A stretch of 62,672 nt of DNA, filler included, from 8 parts of 8 records of this genome joined end to end with filler, not necessarily neighbours in it, one strand, 5' to 3'; positions 32,769 through 44,988 are shown, counted from the whole stretch's first letter. Translations and numbers: made by a program. Notes: generated by a model not told the origin, from the sequence alone.

Positions 32769-33621
32769 ATGAAAATGATAAAAGTTATCGCAGATAGCAC
32801 ATCTTATATACCGAAGGAATTGTTAGAAAAATATGACGTAGATGTTATATCGCTTAGCGTTATACTTGGTGATGAGATAATTGTTGAAACTGAGATTTCT
32901 AATAAAGATTTTTTTGATAAACTGGATAAAAGTCCACACCACCCAACATCAAGCCAACCACCTGTTCAAAAAGTATATGACGTTTTTAAATCTTATGTAG
33001 AAAAAGGACATGAGGTAGTAGGTTGTTTTATCTCAAAAAAGATGAGTGGAACATATTCTACAGCTTGTACTGTAAAAGCAAGGTTGGAAGAAGAATTTGA
33101 AGATGCGAAAATCGCGATTGTTGATTCGAAATCTAACTGTATGCAGCTTGGGTTTGCGGCACTAGCCGGTGCTAAAAAAGCAAAAGAGACAGATGATATA
33201 GACGAAGTAGTTTTAGCGATTGAAGACAATATAAAAAGATCAAGAATGTTGTTTATTCCTGATGACTTAATATATTTACAAAAATCAGGCAGGCTAAGTA
33301 AAGCAGGAGCTATTGCGGCTAGTATTTTAAAGATATATCCTATTTTGACGGTTGTTGATGGAAACGCAGATGTTTACGCTAAAGTTAGAACAAGAAAAAG
33401 CTATTTCGCAAATGGTTGATAAATTTGAAGAGGATATAAAAGAAAAAGGTATTGATGAAGTTATCATTATTAATATTGAATCAAGGGTGGAAGCGGAAAA
33501 ACTACAGAATACTGTATTGGATATTGTAGATACTACTCTTGGTATTGGACAGATTGGCCCCGTAATTGGAGCTCACGTTGGTCCTGGTACTGTTGGTGTA
33601 GTTTATTACACTAAAAGGTAA
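32769..33621 (+). CDS. DegV family fatty-acid-binding protein; frameshift near 33397
   Basis: IADSTSYIP, TSSQP, ISKKMSGTY, YLQKSGRL, and in the second ORF IGPVIGAHVGPG. Confidence 0.9.
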
Positions 33622-33648
33622 GACGTTAATAATAAAAAAGTATTATAT

Positions 33649-33680
33649 GAAGTTGAATATTATATTTGACTTCTTTTTAT
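33649..33680 (+). terminator. Intrinsic terminator after DegV
   Basis: GAAGTTGAATAT / ATATTTGACTTC stem followed by a T run. Confidence 0.55.
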
Positions 33681-33720
33681 TTATTTTTATCAAAATAATC
33701 CTGATAAAAAAATCAAGTAT

Positions 33721-33753
33721 AAAAAAACTCCCTAGCTATAATGCAAAGGGAGT
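33721..33753 (-). terminator. Intrinsic terminator of ychF
   Basis: ACTCCCT / AGGGAGT stem followed by a T run on the minus strand. Confidence 0.7.
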
Positions 33754-33779
33754 GTATATGCGATATGTATTTTTACCGT

Positions 33780-34877
33780 TTAAACATTAAACTTAAATAA
33801 AATTATATCTCCATCTTTTACCACATATTCTTTACCTTCTTGCCTTACAAGACCAGCCTCTTTTGCTTTTACCATGTCGCCTACTTCCATAAGGTCATTA
33901 AAAGCTATCACTTCTGCTTTAATAAATCCGCGTTCAAAGTCGCTATGTATTTTTCCTGCAGCACCAGGGGCTTTTGTTCCCTTCGTTATTGTCCAAGCAC
34001 GAACCTCAGGTTCTCCTGCAGTTAAGTAACTAATGAGCCCTAATAAGTCATAAGATGTTTGGATAAGCCTTTCAAGCCCTCCGCTTTCTAAGCCAAGCTC
34101 TTCTAAAAACATCTCTCTTTCATCGTCATCCAACTGGTTTAATTCTTCCTCAACTTTAGCCGAAACAACTAAAACTTGAGCATCTTCTTTTTCAGCAAAT
34201 TCCTTTAATGCTGATAAATTAGGTATTTCATCATCTGGCTTCGAAATATCTTCTTCAGATACATTAGCAGCATAAATAACTGGTTTAGATGTTAAAAGGA
34301 ATAGATCTCTGATGATCTCCTTTTCTTCGTCAGATAAATCCATGCTTCTAACCATGATATTATTTTCTAAACCCTCTTTTATCTTGGACAAAACCTCATA
34401 TTCTGCTTTGTATTTTTTATCGCCAGTCTTTTGCATCTTCCTAGCTTTTTCTACACGTTTTTCTAATGTGTCTAAATCAGCAAATATAAGCTCTATATTG
34501 ATAGTTTCAAGATCACGAATAGGGTCAATACTTCCATCCACATGGACTATGTTTTCATCTTCAAAGCATCTTACTACATGAACAGTTGCATCAACTTCTC
34601 TTATATGTGATAAAAACTTATTGCCAAGGCCTTCTCCTTTGCTAGCGCCTTTTACAAGTCCTGCAATATCTACAAATTCGATGGTAGCAGGTGTGCATTT
34701 TTTTGGGTTGTGCATCTTAACAAGTGCGTCTAATCTTGTATCTGGAACAGCAACTATACCAACATTTGGCTCGATGGTGCAAAATGGATAGTTTTCGCTT
34801 TGAGCACCAGCTTTGGTTAGTGCATTAAATAATGAGGACTTACCAACGTTTGGAAGTCCAATAACTCCTAATTTCAT
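33780..34877 (-). CDS. ychF: Redox-regulated ATPase YchF
   Basis: GLPNVGKS, NYPFCTIEPNVG, DIAGLVKGASKGEGLGNKFL, EGKEYVVKDGD. Confidence 0.97.
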   Translation of the reverse strand: MKLGVIGLPNVGKSSLFNALTKAGAQSENYPFCTIEPNVGIVAVPDTRLDALVKMHNPKKCTPATIEFVDIAGLVKGASKGEGLGNKFLSHIREVDATVHVVRCFEDENIVHVDGSIDPIRDLETINIELIFADLDTLEKRVEKARKMQKTGDKKYKAEYEVLSKIKEGLENNIMVRSMDLSDEEKEIIRDLFLLTSKPVIYAANVSEEDISKPDDEIPNLSALKEFAEKEDAQVLVVSAKVEEELNQLDDDEREMFLEELGLESGGLERLIQTSYDLLGLISYLTAGEPEVRAWTITKGTKAPGAAGKIHSDFERGFIKAEVIAFNDLMEVGDMVKAKEAGLVRQEGKEYVVKDGDIILFKFNV

Positions 34878-35040
34878 ATAATAATTTCTCCTAATATTTT
34901 AAAATGTAACAGCTTTTATATGCTGTGGAATATTGCGTGTATAAATCACCAAAGCTATTATATACGAAAACTAGAGTTTTTGATAGATATAAAGTAATTA
35001 AAATGTATTTAAACTACAAGAGAATTTAGTATATTTATAT

Positions 35041-35075
35041 AAAAAAGCCTTAAGTATAGAAAATCCCTTAAGGCT
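35041..35075 (-). terminator. Intrinsic terminator
   Basis: AGCCTTAAG / CTTAAGGCT stem with a T run on the minus strand. Confidence 0.6.
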
Positions 35076-35111
35076 GTACATTTTTATATCTATAGTTGAA
35101 GTTGCAATTGA

Positions 35112-35458
35112 TTACTTAAATATCTCTTCTTCAGGTGGCTGGAATTTACAGAAATAATTCTCCCAGTTGTAAACCATATTCTCAAAATCTTCATCATTAA
35201 AAATGTATGCCATGTAACTAACAACATAAAATGCATCTTCACACTCAATATAAGATTTAAAATAAAATAGAGGAGAAGCGTCTACAATCATTTCTAGTCG
35301 ACCAGTTATTGATGAAGTAGATAGGTAAAAATTGCGATCTTCGTTATCATCCATATTTATCTCGCCCCTGTTTGTCATTTCTACAAGGTCTTCACTCATT
35401 ATAGTGTCCGCGTCGCGCTCGATTTCATATTTTTCTTCAAATTCTTTATCTCTTAAAA
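35112..35458 (-). CDS. Hypothetical acidic protein (5'-truncated)
   Basis: ORF at the contig edge, followed by a terminator. No recognisable motif. Confidence 0.5.
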
Positions 35459-35558
35459 NNNNNNNNNNNNNNNNNNNNNNNNNNNNNNNNNNNNNNNNNN
35501 NNTTAATTAATTAANNNNNNNNNNNNNNNNNNNNNNNNNNNNNNNNNNNNNNNNNNNN
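35459..35558. other. Artificial contig spacer
   Basis: N44-TTAATTAATTAA-N44. Confidence 0.98.
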
Positions 35559-35600
35559 CAAAGATCGATAAAATACATTTTGAAAGCAGCGGAATCAGCG

Positions 35601-35680
35601 AGTGTCGGTGTCGCTCTAATCGACGCCGACACTTGTCGCATTATAATTTCAGGTTAGCTCTAAGCGACGCCGACACTTGT
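35601..35680. repeat. REP-like palindrome, one and a half copies
   Basis: AGTGTCGGTGTCG-ctctaat-CGACGCCGACACT hairpin, then a second copy GCTCTAAGCGACGCCGACACTTGT at 35657-35680. Confidence 0.65.
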
Positions 35681-35695
35681 AGTATTCCCTAAAAT

Positions 35696-37106
35696 TTACT
35701 TCTTCTCCCAGTCATCAGTCCTGAACGACGAAGCAGGCAATCCTTCAGTATTAAACAATTCGCCAACAACAAAGTCTTTCCAGCAATAACGCACTGCAAC
35801 AGGTTTTGCAACTTGCGGCGACGAAACAAACAGGCCCTGTCGTGTTAAGCTCGCATTGGCAGGATAGAATTTCTGGTCTTCGCCGGCAATGGTAAAATTG
35901 GTAAGTGGTTTGCCAAAAGTAGTAAGTCCGTTTGGTGCATAATCGAAAGTAAGTTTTATGGTACTTCCTTCAACGCTCATATCTTTATAAACCGGGCCTG
36001 TGTATGCAAATCCTTTTTGTCCGTAGGTTTTAGCCAGTGCAATAAAAGCCAAACGTTCGCCGGCAGCTTCTTTATTTGCCGGGTGAATGCAAGCTTCGTC
36101 GCCAACATCCATAAGGCAAGCCATTCCAGAATTTTTAGCCATAAATGAAGCTTTTTCCTGTGCCTCGCGAATATATGCGGTATTCAAACAATTTCTGTAA
36201 CCATAAGGAGCAATCTGGCAATAGTAAAACGGGAAATTGCCAATATTCCACAAGCTGCGCCAGTTATCAATAATTCCGGTCATATATTTTACATAGTTAT
36301 CAGGCTCGTTGCGGTTATGCTCGCCCTGGTACCAAATTGCGCCACGCATTCCGTAGCCAACCATCGGGTTAATCATTCCGTTAAATAAAACAGTTGGTAC
36401 ATTTTGGTTCGGATTTTCAAGGTCTTTGGCAGGAAGTTTCACCCAGTCGTATTCTTTAATTTGTTTTTCACTTGTCCATGCTAAAATATCGGTACCTCCC
36501 CAGCTTGAGTTTATCAATCCAACCGGAACATCCAAGGTTTCCTGAAGCATTCTTCCAAAGAAATAGGCAGTAGCACTAAAGTCGGCAACATTCTCTGGTT
36601 CACAACTTTGCCATTCACCTCCGAAATCGTTTTGCGGAGTAATTGTTTTATTTCGTTTTACTTTGAATAACCTGATGTTCGAATTTTTTTGAAGTGGCAA
36701 TTGCCTCGTTCGAACCAAGAATCGGTTGATTTAAAAATCCTTTCACCGGCATTTCCATGTTCGACTGGCCCGAGCACACCCAAACTTCGCCAATTAAAAT
36801 ATCTGAAAGTGTTACATCCTCTCCATCGGAAATGGTAATGGAGTAGGGACCACCGGCTTCAGGAGTTGCAACTTTTTGTTCCCATTTTCCGTTGGCATCG
36901 GCTTTGGTTTCGTAGCTTTTGTTGTTCCACGATGTTGTTATTGTAACAGTAGCTTTTTCGTTTGCAGTTCCCCATAGTGCAGCGTCGGTTTTTTGTTGTA
37001 AAACCATGCCATTGGTAATAATAGCAGGTAACTTAATTTTTGCTTGCAGGTTTAAAGAGCAAATAGAAATAAGAGCAATAAGAAAGATTGAAATTTGATG
37101 TTTCAT
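35696..37106 (-). CDS. Sialate O-acetylesterase (SASA) family protein; frameshift near 36688
   Basis: Signal peptide, GEVWVCSGQSNM, FSATAYFFG, WGGT, IWYQGE, IHPANK, LPASSFRTD across two ORFs joined at an 8-nt homopolymer. Confidence 0.9.
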
Positions 37107-37443
37107 GATTTGAATATTAGGTTTTATTGATAATCAAATATATGTATTTTGGAGCTTGTGTAGTGCTTAAATATTAAAAAAATAACTACTGGTGGACTAA
37201 CTATGGACAGAGCCCATCCCAACGCCTTTACAAAACCATTCCATTGTTTGAGCGAAATGCAAGGAAGTGAAAGAGTCTTTTTTAACGATAAATTTTTACT
37301 GGATAATAGTGGTAATCTATCTGTTTCAAAATGAACAGAGATTACAACCTATTATCCACCACTTAAATATTGGAAATGAAATTACCTGCTTAATTTATAC
37401 GGGATGTTTCTAAAACTTGTATTTTTATACTAATCGAAATCTT

Positions 37444-40403
37444 ATGAAAAATCTAATATATTTTTTAAGTGCCATACTCCTTGTAATTGGTATTGCATGT
37501 TCTCCCCAAAGAGACAATTCTAACCATAAATTCAAAAACTGACCGACAACTTTAAAAATCCCCCAACAAAATACGGCGTAAATTGCTGGTGGTGGTGGCT
37601 AAACGGCAATGTTACCAAAGAAGCTATTACCAAAGATCTGGAAGCCATGAAATCGCGTAATTTTCAGGGTGCAATGATTTTTGATGCTGGCGGCCATAAC
37701 CAACGAGGTAACGATGATATTCAGGCGGGGCCACTTTTCGGTTCGGAGGAATGGAATGAGTTGTTTGTATTTGCCCTCGACGAAGCCAAAAGACTTGGGT
37801 TGGAGATGGGCTTTAATATTCAGAGTGGATGGAATTTGGGAGGGCCTCGCGTAACACCCGAATATACAGCAAAACAACTTACGTATTCCGAAACTAAAAT
37901 TACAGGGAACCGGAATGTTACATTAAAATTGACTCAACCTCCTTCGCGAAAAAACTTTTATAAAGATATTCAAGTGCTGGCCTTTCCTTTGAAAGAGGAA
38001 AATAAAACCAACCGGCTTATTTCCGATTTAGACCTAAAACTTGGATACCACGAACTTGGCGGCTCGGCTCCCGATACTCGTTTCCTTTTGGGCAATACTC
38101 CACGTAGACCAACAAAAGATGAAGGTTCAACTTATATCGTAAAACAAAATGAACTGATTGATTTAACATCAGAAATGAGCGAAACCGGCGAGTTGGTTTG
38201 GAATGCCCCGGAAGGGGAGTGGTGTATTATGCGCATTGGCTATACCTGCACCAATTCACATGTTTCTACATCGAGTGGCGATTGGCAGGGAAATGTATTG
38301 GACTACATGAGTACCAAAGCCTTCGATTTTTACTGGAACGATGTGGTTGAGCCAATTTTTACAGCCGCCGGAGACCATGTTGGCTCCACCCTAAAATTTA
38401 TGGAAACCGACAGCTGGGAGTGCGGTGGAATGAACTGGACCGATAAATTCGCAGAAGAGTTCCTCAGTTATCGCGGGTACGATGTCTCGGTCTATCTCCC
38501 AATTATTGCAGGTTATGTAGTCGAAGATATATCAACATCGAATGCCTTTTTAGCCGATTTCAGGAAAACATTAGGCGATTTGGTGGCCTATAATCATTAT
38601 GCGCGCTTTCAGGAATATGCACATAAATACAACATGGGAGTTCAGCCTGAATCTGCCGGTCCACATGCCGGCCCCATGGACGGAATAAAAAACTACGGCT
38701 TTAACGATATTGTGATGAGCGAATTCTGGTCGCCGTCGCCACATCGACCTAAAGATGAAAATCGTTTCTTTTTGAAACAAGCATCATCGGCAGCGCATAT
38801 TTATGGAAAGAAAATTGTTGGAGCAGAATCGTTTACCACAATTGGTCCACATTGGAACGATGAGCTTTGGCACGACCAAAAATCAGCGTTCGACCACGAA
38901 ATTTGTGCCGGGCTGAATCGTATGTATTTTCATACTTTTACCTGTTCTCCACCCGAAATGGGCTTGCCGGGGCAAGAGTATTTTGCAGGAACGCATGTAA
39001 ATCCACAGGTTACCTGGTGGAAACAGTCGGGAGCTTTTATCGATTATATGCACCGTGTACAATCAGTAGTACAAAATGGCAAATTTGTAGCCGATGTACT
39101 TTATTATTACGGCGACCATGTACCTAATGTTTTTCCGTTTAAACACTCCGACCCAGCTGGTGTAATGCCTGGTTTCGACTACGATGTTACAAACGAAAAT
39201 ATTCTTCTTCAGCTAAAGGTTGAGGATGGGAAAATTGTGGTGCCCGGTGGAATTGAATACCGGCTCCTGGTTTTGCCCGACCATAAAGTTTTATCGTTAG
39301 CAGCCTTAAAAAAAGTTGAATGGCTTTTGCAACAAGGCACACAAATAATCGGTTTTAAGCCTAAATGTTTAGCAAGTTTAGAGGGAAGCAACGAAGCCAA
39401 AGAACAATTTGAAGAATTAGCCAATAAAATTTGGGGAACAGTAAGCTCCGAAAAAGGAGAACGAGAATATGGAAATGGAAAAGTTGTCTGGGGTATTACA
39501 GCCCGCGAATTCCTTTTAGCAGATAGTATTCCCGCAGATTTTGATATTCTGGAAAACAATAGTAAAATCGACTTCGATTACATTCATTATACCATTGGTG
39601 AGAGTGATGTTTATTATGTTACCAATCAAACCACCGAGCGGCAAAAGATTAGTTGCCAGTTTAGGCTTACCGGTAAACAGCCCGAATTATGGGATGCATT
39701 AACAGGCGAAATAAGAGAAGCACAGGCTTTTACCCAAAAGGAAGAGATAACAACGGTGCCACTTACTCTGGAGGCATATGGTTCTGTAATGGTGGTGTTT
39801 AACAAGCAAATTGGCGGGAAAAAACAAGGAACAAGATCTCGAAATTATCCTGATTTTAAAACGGTTCAGAATATAGAAGGAGAATGGACCGTTGATTTTG
39901 ATCCAAGCTGGGGCCCGTTCGACTCCGCTCAGGACAAAACGGCCGGTGAATTTGTATTTCCCGAACTTATGGATTGGACACAACACACCAACCAAGGAAT
40001 TAAATTTTACTCGGGAACAGCCGTTTACAATAAAACTTTTCAAATAGATTTTGAACCTCAACAAGAAAAACAATACTTCCTGAAATTGGGAAGTGTCTTA
40101 GATGTGGGAATTGCTGAGGTGAAAATTAATGGAATTGACAGAGGTGTTATTTGGACAGCACCTTTCCGGGTTGAAATTAGCAATGAACTGAAAAAAGGGG
40201 AGAACAAGCTTGAAATTAAAGTTGTAAACTCGTGGTATAACCGGGTGGCCGGCGACCAAACTTTCCCGGATAAAAAACAATACACTTCAACCAATATTTG
40301 TTTGGATCATGATTTCAGGGGAAGAAAAACTGAAGAAATCACCCTGGAACCATCGGGATTATTGGGGCCTGTTACCATTGAAGAAGCTATTCTCGAATTA
40401 TAA
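37444..40403 (+). CDS. GH106 alpha-L-rhamnosidase-like lipoprotein; frameshift near 37536
   Basis: ATG 37444 gives a lipoprotein signal (IGIAC). The long frame upstream of 37647 reads FKNPP..WWWWLNGNVTKEAITKDLEAMK. Also DSWE, ASSAAHIYGK, GAESFT, PSGLLGPV. Confidence 0.85.
39914..39937 (+). repeat. REP-like sequence embedded in frame in the GH106 gene
   Basis: CCCGTTCGACTCCGCTCAGGACAA resembles the REP motif TTCGACTCCGCTCAGG common in Bacteroidota (recalled, not searched). It encodes PFDSAQD. Confidence 0.55.
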
Positions 40404-40659
40404 ATCAATCCTCATGAAAAGACTTAAATTTGGAAATCATCTGGCACTCTGCGGCGGGGTAATTCATTATCCCTTTTACTAATCTAAAAAGGAACATTTA
40501 AATGAAAGCACGGCATTCCCGTTAACATTGATTTAACTGTAATGTTTATAAATTTGGTTTTAGATGGTGTGTTTTAGAAAGTTAAGTTGTTGAAAAAGAG
40601 TGTTTAATCTGGGGTGTAATAGTTCTGTTATCCATCTGTATACATAGTTTTTATTACTT

Positions 40660-40675
40660 CCGTTAACGTTAACGG
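40660..40675. promoter_or_regulatory. LacI-family-type operator upstream of uxaB
   Basis: Perfect 16-bp palindrome CCGTTAACGTTAACGG with a central CG, just upstream of the -7 box. Confidence 0.7.
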
Positions 40676-40686
40676 GATTTAAAATG

Positions 40687-40694
40687 TATATTTG
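40687..40694 (+). promoter_or_regulatory. Bacteroidota -7 promoter element for uxaBA
   Basis: TATATTTG matches TAnnTTTG, 65 nt upstream of the uxaB ATG. Confidence 0.65.
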
Positions 40695-40759
40695 CGCACT
40701 CAAAAAAATTAGAATAAACTGTTTTTAACCAAAACGAATAAGGATTAGACTTTAGAAAG

Positions 40760-42259
40760 ATGGAAAAATTGAATAGAACAAATGCAAAGGGAGCAGCAAG
40801 TTACCCAACAAAAATACTTCAGTTTGGAGAAGGAAATTTTTTACGTGCTTTTACCGATTGGATAGTTCATAAAATGAACAAAGAAGGAGGTTTTGACGCC
40901 GGTATTGATGTGGTACAACCCCTACCTAACGGAATGGTTGATATGTTGAACGAGCAGGACGGACTTTTTCATGTTTATTTAAAAGGAATTAGAAACGGCA
41001 AGCCCGTTACCGAATTTACACTGGTTGATTGTATCAATAAAGGAATTAATCCGTACAGCGAATTTGAATTGTACAAAGAGTCGATTCTTAATCCCGATTT
41101 ACGTTTTGTGTTTTCAAATACAACCGAGGCCGGAATTAGCTGGGAAGAAAGCGATACGCTCGACATGCAACCTCAAAATTCGTTTCCTGCAAAAGTAGCT
41201 GCCATGCTTTACATGCGTTACAAAGAGTTTGGCGGCGATATGTCGAAAGGTTTAATCTTTTTCGCCTGCGAGCTAATTGACAGGAATGGTGACATGCTAA
41301 AAAAATATGTGCTTCAACACGCCGAAAAGTGGCAGCTTGAAGATGGATTTATTGCATGGATTAACGAGGCATGTTGTTTCTGCAGTACTTTGGTAGACCG
41401 TATTGTTCCGGGGTTCCCACGCGATGAAATTAAAGAAATACAAGAGGAATTAGGCTACGAAGATAACCTGGTTGTTGTGGGCGAATATTTTCATTTGTGG
41501 GTAATTGAAGCTCCGGAATGGGTACAGAAAGAATTTCCTGCTGAAAATGCCGGACTGGAAGTGAAGTTTGTAAAAGATATGAAGCGATTTAGGGAACAAA
41601 AGGTGCAGGTGCTGAATGGTTGTCATACCGGAAGTTATGCTGTGTCGTTTTTGAGTGGTATTGAAACCGTTCGCGATGCCTACGAAAACCTGAAAGTAGG
41701 TAGTTTTATGAAAGAGCTGGTTTACGATGAGGTTTTGCCGGTGCTCGACGGTAGCGAAAAGGAATTAAAAAAGTTTGCAAATAAAATTCTGGAACGTTTT
41801 GCCAACCCTTTTATCCGTCACCAGTGGCAAAGTATTGCATTAAATGCCATGAGTAAATGGGAAACCAGGAACTTACCTTCGTTGATAAATTTTAACGAAA
41901 AACACAATATGTTGCCGCAAAAATTGGTGTTCTCGCTTGCGGCTATGATTGCTTATTTTAAAGGAGAAGCAAACGGAGAAGAATACCAGGTTCAGGATGA
42001 TGACTGGATTTTGGATTTTTACAAAGGAGCCTGGGCAGAATGTGATGGACGCCCAATATCGATTTACCAGTTGTGCGAAAAGGTGTTGGCTCTTGATAAA
42101 GTTTGGAAACAAAACCTTAACGAGATTCCGAACCTTACCATTACTGTAAGTCACTACCTGTTTTTAATTACACAAGTAGGTATGAAAAGAGCTGTTAAGT
42201 CGGTGCTAAGCGAAGATAATCCGCTAATGCAAATTACCATTGATAAAATGAGCAGTTAA
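40760..42259 (+). CDS. uxaB: Tagaturonate reductase (altronate oxidoreductase)
   Basis: ILQFGEGNFLRAF, SNTTEAGI, TLVDRIVPG, ERFANPFI. Confidence 0.93.
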   Translation: MEKLNRTNAKGAASYPTKILQFGEGNFLRAFTDWIVHKMNKEGGFDAGIDVVQPLPNGMVDMLNEQDGLFHVYLKGIRNGKPVTEFTLVDCINKGINPYSEFELYKESILNPDLRFVFSNTTEAGISWEESDTLDMQPQNSFPAKVAAMLYMRYKEFGGDMSKGLIFFACELIDRNGDMLKKYVLQHAEKWQLEDGFIAWINEACCFCSTLVDRIVPGFPRDEIKEIQEELGYEDNLVVVGEYFHLWVIEAPEWVQKEFPAENAGLEVKFVKDMKRFREQKVQVLNGCHTGSYAVSFLSGIETVRDAYENLKVGSFMKELVYDEVLPVLDGSEKELKKFANKILERFANPFIRHQWQSIALNAMSKWETRNLPSLINFNEKHNMLPQKLVFSLAAMIAYFKGEANGEEYQVQDDDWILDFYKGAWAECDGRPISIYQLCEKVLALDKVWKQNLNEIPNLTITVSHYLFLITQVGMKRAVKSVLSEDNPLMQITIDKMSS

Positions 42260-42289
42260 ACCTTTTTTTACTTTGTAGCTTTAAAAATT

Positions 42290-43198
42290 ATGGCAGACTT
42301 TATCAAAATAAATCCGGATGACAATGTAATTATTGCCTTAAAAGATTTTTCAGCAGGAGAAATAATTCGCATTGAAAATGATGAACTGGAAATTAAAAAT
42401 GATATTCCGAAAGGGCATAAAATTGCACTCGCTTCGCTTAATGAAAACGAGGATATTATAAAATATGGAGCGCCAATAGGGCACTCAAAAAAAACTATTT
42501 TAGCCGGAGAGCATATTCACGTTCATAATTTAAAAACTAATCTTGCAGGAACCATAAATTATTCGTTCAAGCAAAAACTGAATGAATTAAAGATAAAAAA
42601 ACGCGACCTTACTTTTCAGGGGTACAAACGGGAAAACGCTAAGGTTGGAATACGCAACGAGCTTTGGATTGTTCCAACTGTTGGCTGTGTGAATGGACAA
42701 GCGCAGCAGATTGTCGATTTATTTAAAAACGAAGTTGCTCCAAACGATATTGATGGGGTAGAGGTTTTTAAGCACAGTTATGGCTGCTCGCAATTGGGCG
42801 ACGACCATACAAATACCCAAAAAGCACTGGCCGATGTTATCAATCACCCGAATGCGGGTGGTGTATTTGTGCTGGGGCTGGGTTGCGAAAACAATCAGAT
42901 TGAACAGTTAAAAGAATATATTGGCGATTACGATGAGAGTCGTGTGAAATTTTTGGTTGCCCAGGATGTGGAAGATGAAGTTGAAACCGGACTTGGAATC
43001 GTAAAAGAGATTTACGGAGCGATGCGCAATGATAAACGCGAAGCAGTGCCTCTTTCTGAACTGAATATCGGTTTAAAATGCGGCGGCTCTGATGGTTTTT
43101 CAGGCATTACAGCTAATCCTTTGGTTGGAGCCTTTTCCGATTTTCTTGTGGCGCAGGGAGGAACTACAATTCTTACCGAAGTACCGGAAATGTTTGGT
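42290..43198 (+). CDS. uxaA: Altronate dehydratase (3'-truncated)
   Basis: SAF domain (IPKGHKIAL, IIKYG), GIRNELWIVPTVGCVN, GLKCGGSDGFSGITANP. Confidence 0.93.
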
Positions 43199-43298
43199 NN
43201 NNNNNNNNNNNNNNNNNNNNNNNNNNNNNNNNNNNNNNNNNNTTAATTAATTAANNNNNNNNNNNNNNNNNNNNNNNNNNNNNNNNNNNNNNNNNNNN
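43199..43298. other. Artificial contig spacer
   Basis: N44-TTAATTAATTAA-N44. Confidence 0.98.
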
Positions 43299-43373
43299 GG
43301 GGGTGACCTCAAAAGAGTGTAAACCTAAACTTTAACCACATTATCTAACTATATAATAAATAAGGAATAATTT

Positions 43374-44924
43374 ATGAGTGTGAAAATCGAGGACAAAATT
43401 TTAATTTTAGATTTCGGTTCACAGTATACTCAGCTCATTGCACGCCGCATAAGAGAAATGCATGTTTATTCAGAGATTCACCCATACAACTATTCTATTG
43501 AAGAGATAAAGGCCTTTAATCCATCGGGTATTATCCTTTCTGGTTCACCCTCAAGTATATCCGCGAAAGACGCTCCGAAGCTAAATGGAGAGATTTTGGA
43601 CCTTGGTCTACCCGTCTTGGGTATTTGTTATGGGATGCAGTCTATGGCTGGGATTCTTGGTGGAAAAGTTGAGTCGAGTGATGAAAGAGAATATGGAAGG
43701 GCTTTTATTAATATCGAAAAATCGAACCCGCTATTTGATGGTTTAGCAGAAGATGAAATTGAAGTCTGGATGAGTCATGGTGATCGTGTCTTAGAGATTC
43801 CTGAGGGTTTTGATGTTATAGCTAAGAGTTCAAATTCTCCATTCGCTGCAATGGCAGATGTGAAGAAAACTTTCTTTGCAGTCCAGTTTCATCCTGAAGT
43901 TACGCATACGCCAAAAGGAAATGAGATCTTGGGTAACTTTGTTTTTAAGATCTCTTCATGTGAGCCATCATGGACGATGTCTTCTTTTATTGAAAGATCA
44001 GTTGCAGAAATTAAAGATAGAGTAGGGGATAGTCACGTTGTGTGCGGACTTAGTGGCGGTGTTGATTCTTCTGTTGCTGCTGCTCTCGTTCATAAGGCAA
44101 TAGGTGATCAGCTTACATGCATCTTTGTTGATAATGGTGTCTTGAGAAAAAATGAAGCAGCTGAAGTTCCAGAACTTTTTAGAGGACGTTTTCATTTTTC
44201 TCTAATTGATGTTGACGCTGAAAAGAGATTTTTAGATGGTTTGAAGGATGTAGAAGATCCGGAAAAAAAGAGAAAGATTATTGGTCATGAGTTTATAAAG
44301 GTTTTCGAAGATGAAGCAAAAAAAATACCAGATGTTAAATTTTTGGTTCAGGGTACTCTCTATCCAGATGTTATAGAATCAGTCTCTGTTAAGGGGCCTT
44401 CAGCAGTTATCAAATCACATCATAATGTTGGTGGCTTGCCTGATAAAATGGGATTAAAGTTAATCGAGCCATTACGTGAACTATTTAAAGATGAAGTTAG
44501 AGAATTAGGTCGTGAACTGGGTCTTCCAGAAGATCTTATCTCACGTCATCCTTTTCCTGGCCCAGGTTTGGCTGTTCGTATCTTGGGAGACATCACAAAA
44601 GAACGCTGTGATATCTTAAGAGAAGCTGATCATATTTTCATAAAAGAGATCAGAGAAGCTGATCAATACGATAAAATATGGCAGGCCTTTGCTGTTTTAC
44701 TTCCCGTAAAAACTGTAGGTGTCATGGGTGATGAAAGAACATATGAAAATGTCGTTGCCTTGAGAGCTGTCACTTCACGTGATGGTATGACAGCAGATTG
44801 GGCGCAGATTCCACATGATCTTTTGAGTAAGATATCAAATCGAATCATCAACGAAGTAAAAGGTGTCAACAGAGTAGTCTACGACATCTCCTCAAAACCC
44901 CCAGCCACCATCGAGTGGGAGTAA
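43374..44924 (+). CDS. guaA: GMP synthase (glutamine-hydrolysing)
   Basis: [44 protein letters not shown]. Confidence 0.98.
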   Translation: MSVKIEDKILILDFGSQYTQLIARRIREMHVYSEIHPYNYSIEEIKAFNPSGIILSGSPSSISAKDAPKLNGEILDLGLPVLGICYGMQSMAGILGGKVESSDEREYGRAFINIEKSNPLFDGLAEDEIEVWMSHGDRVLEIPEGFDVIAKSSNSPFAAMADVKKTFFAVQFHPEVTHTPKGNEILGNFVFKISSCEPSWTMSSFIERSVAEIKDRVGDSHVVCGLSGGVDSSVAAALVHKAIGDQLTCIFVDNGVLRKNEAAEVPELFRGRFHFSLIDVDAEKRFLDGLKDVEDPEKKRKIIGHEFIKVFEDEAKKIPDVKFLVQGTLYPDVIESVSVKGPSAVIKSHHNVGGLPDKMGLKLIEPLRELFKDEVRELGRELGLPEDLISRHPFPGPGLAVRILGDITKERCDILREADHIFIKEIREADQYDKIWQAFAVLLPVKTVGVMGDERTYENVVALRAVTSRDGMTADWAQIPHDLLSKISNRIINEVKGVNRVVYDISSKPPATIEWE

Positions 44925-44988
44925 CATGTGTCATCCTCTGGCATGGCTTTCTGTTGTTAGCTTAGTTTAAAAAGGAGTACAAGATCTT

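Noticed and set aside
20755..43198. One large pectin/uronate super-locus (kduI, PL9, GH106, uxaBA)
   Set aside because: The genes lie on different contigs with different composition and promoter styles.
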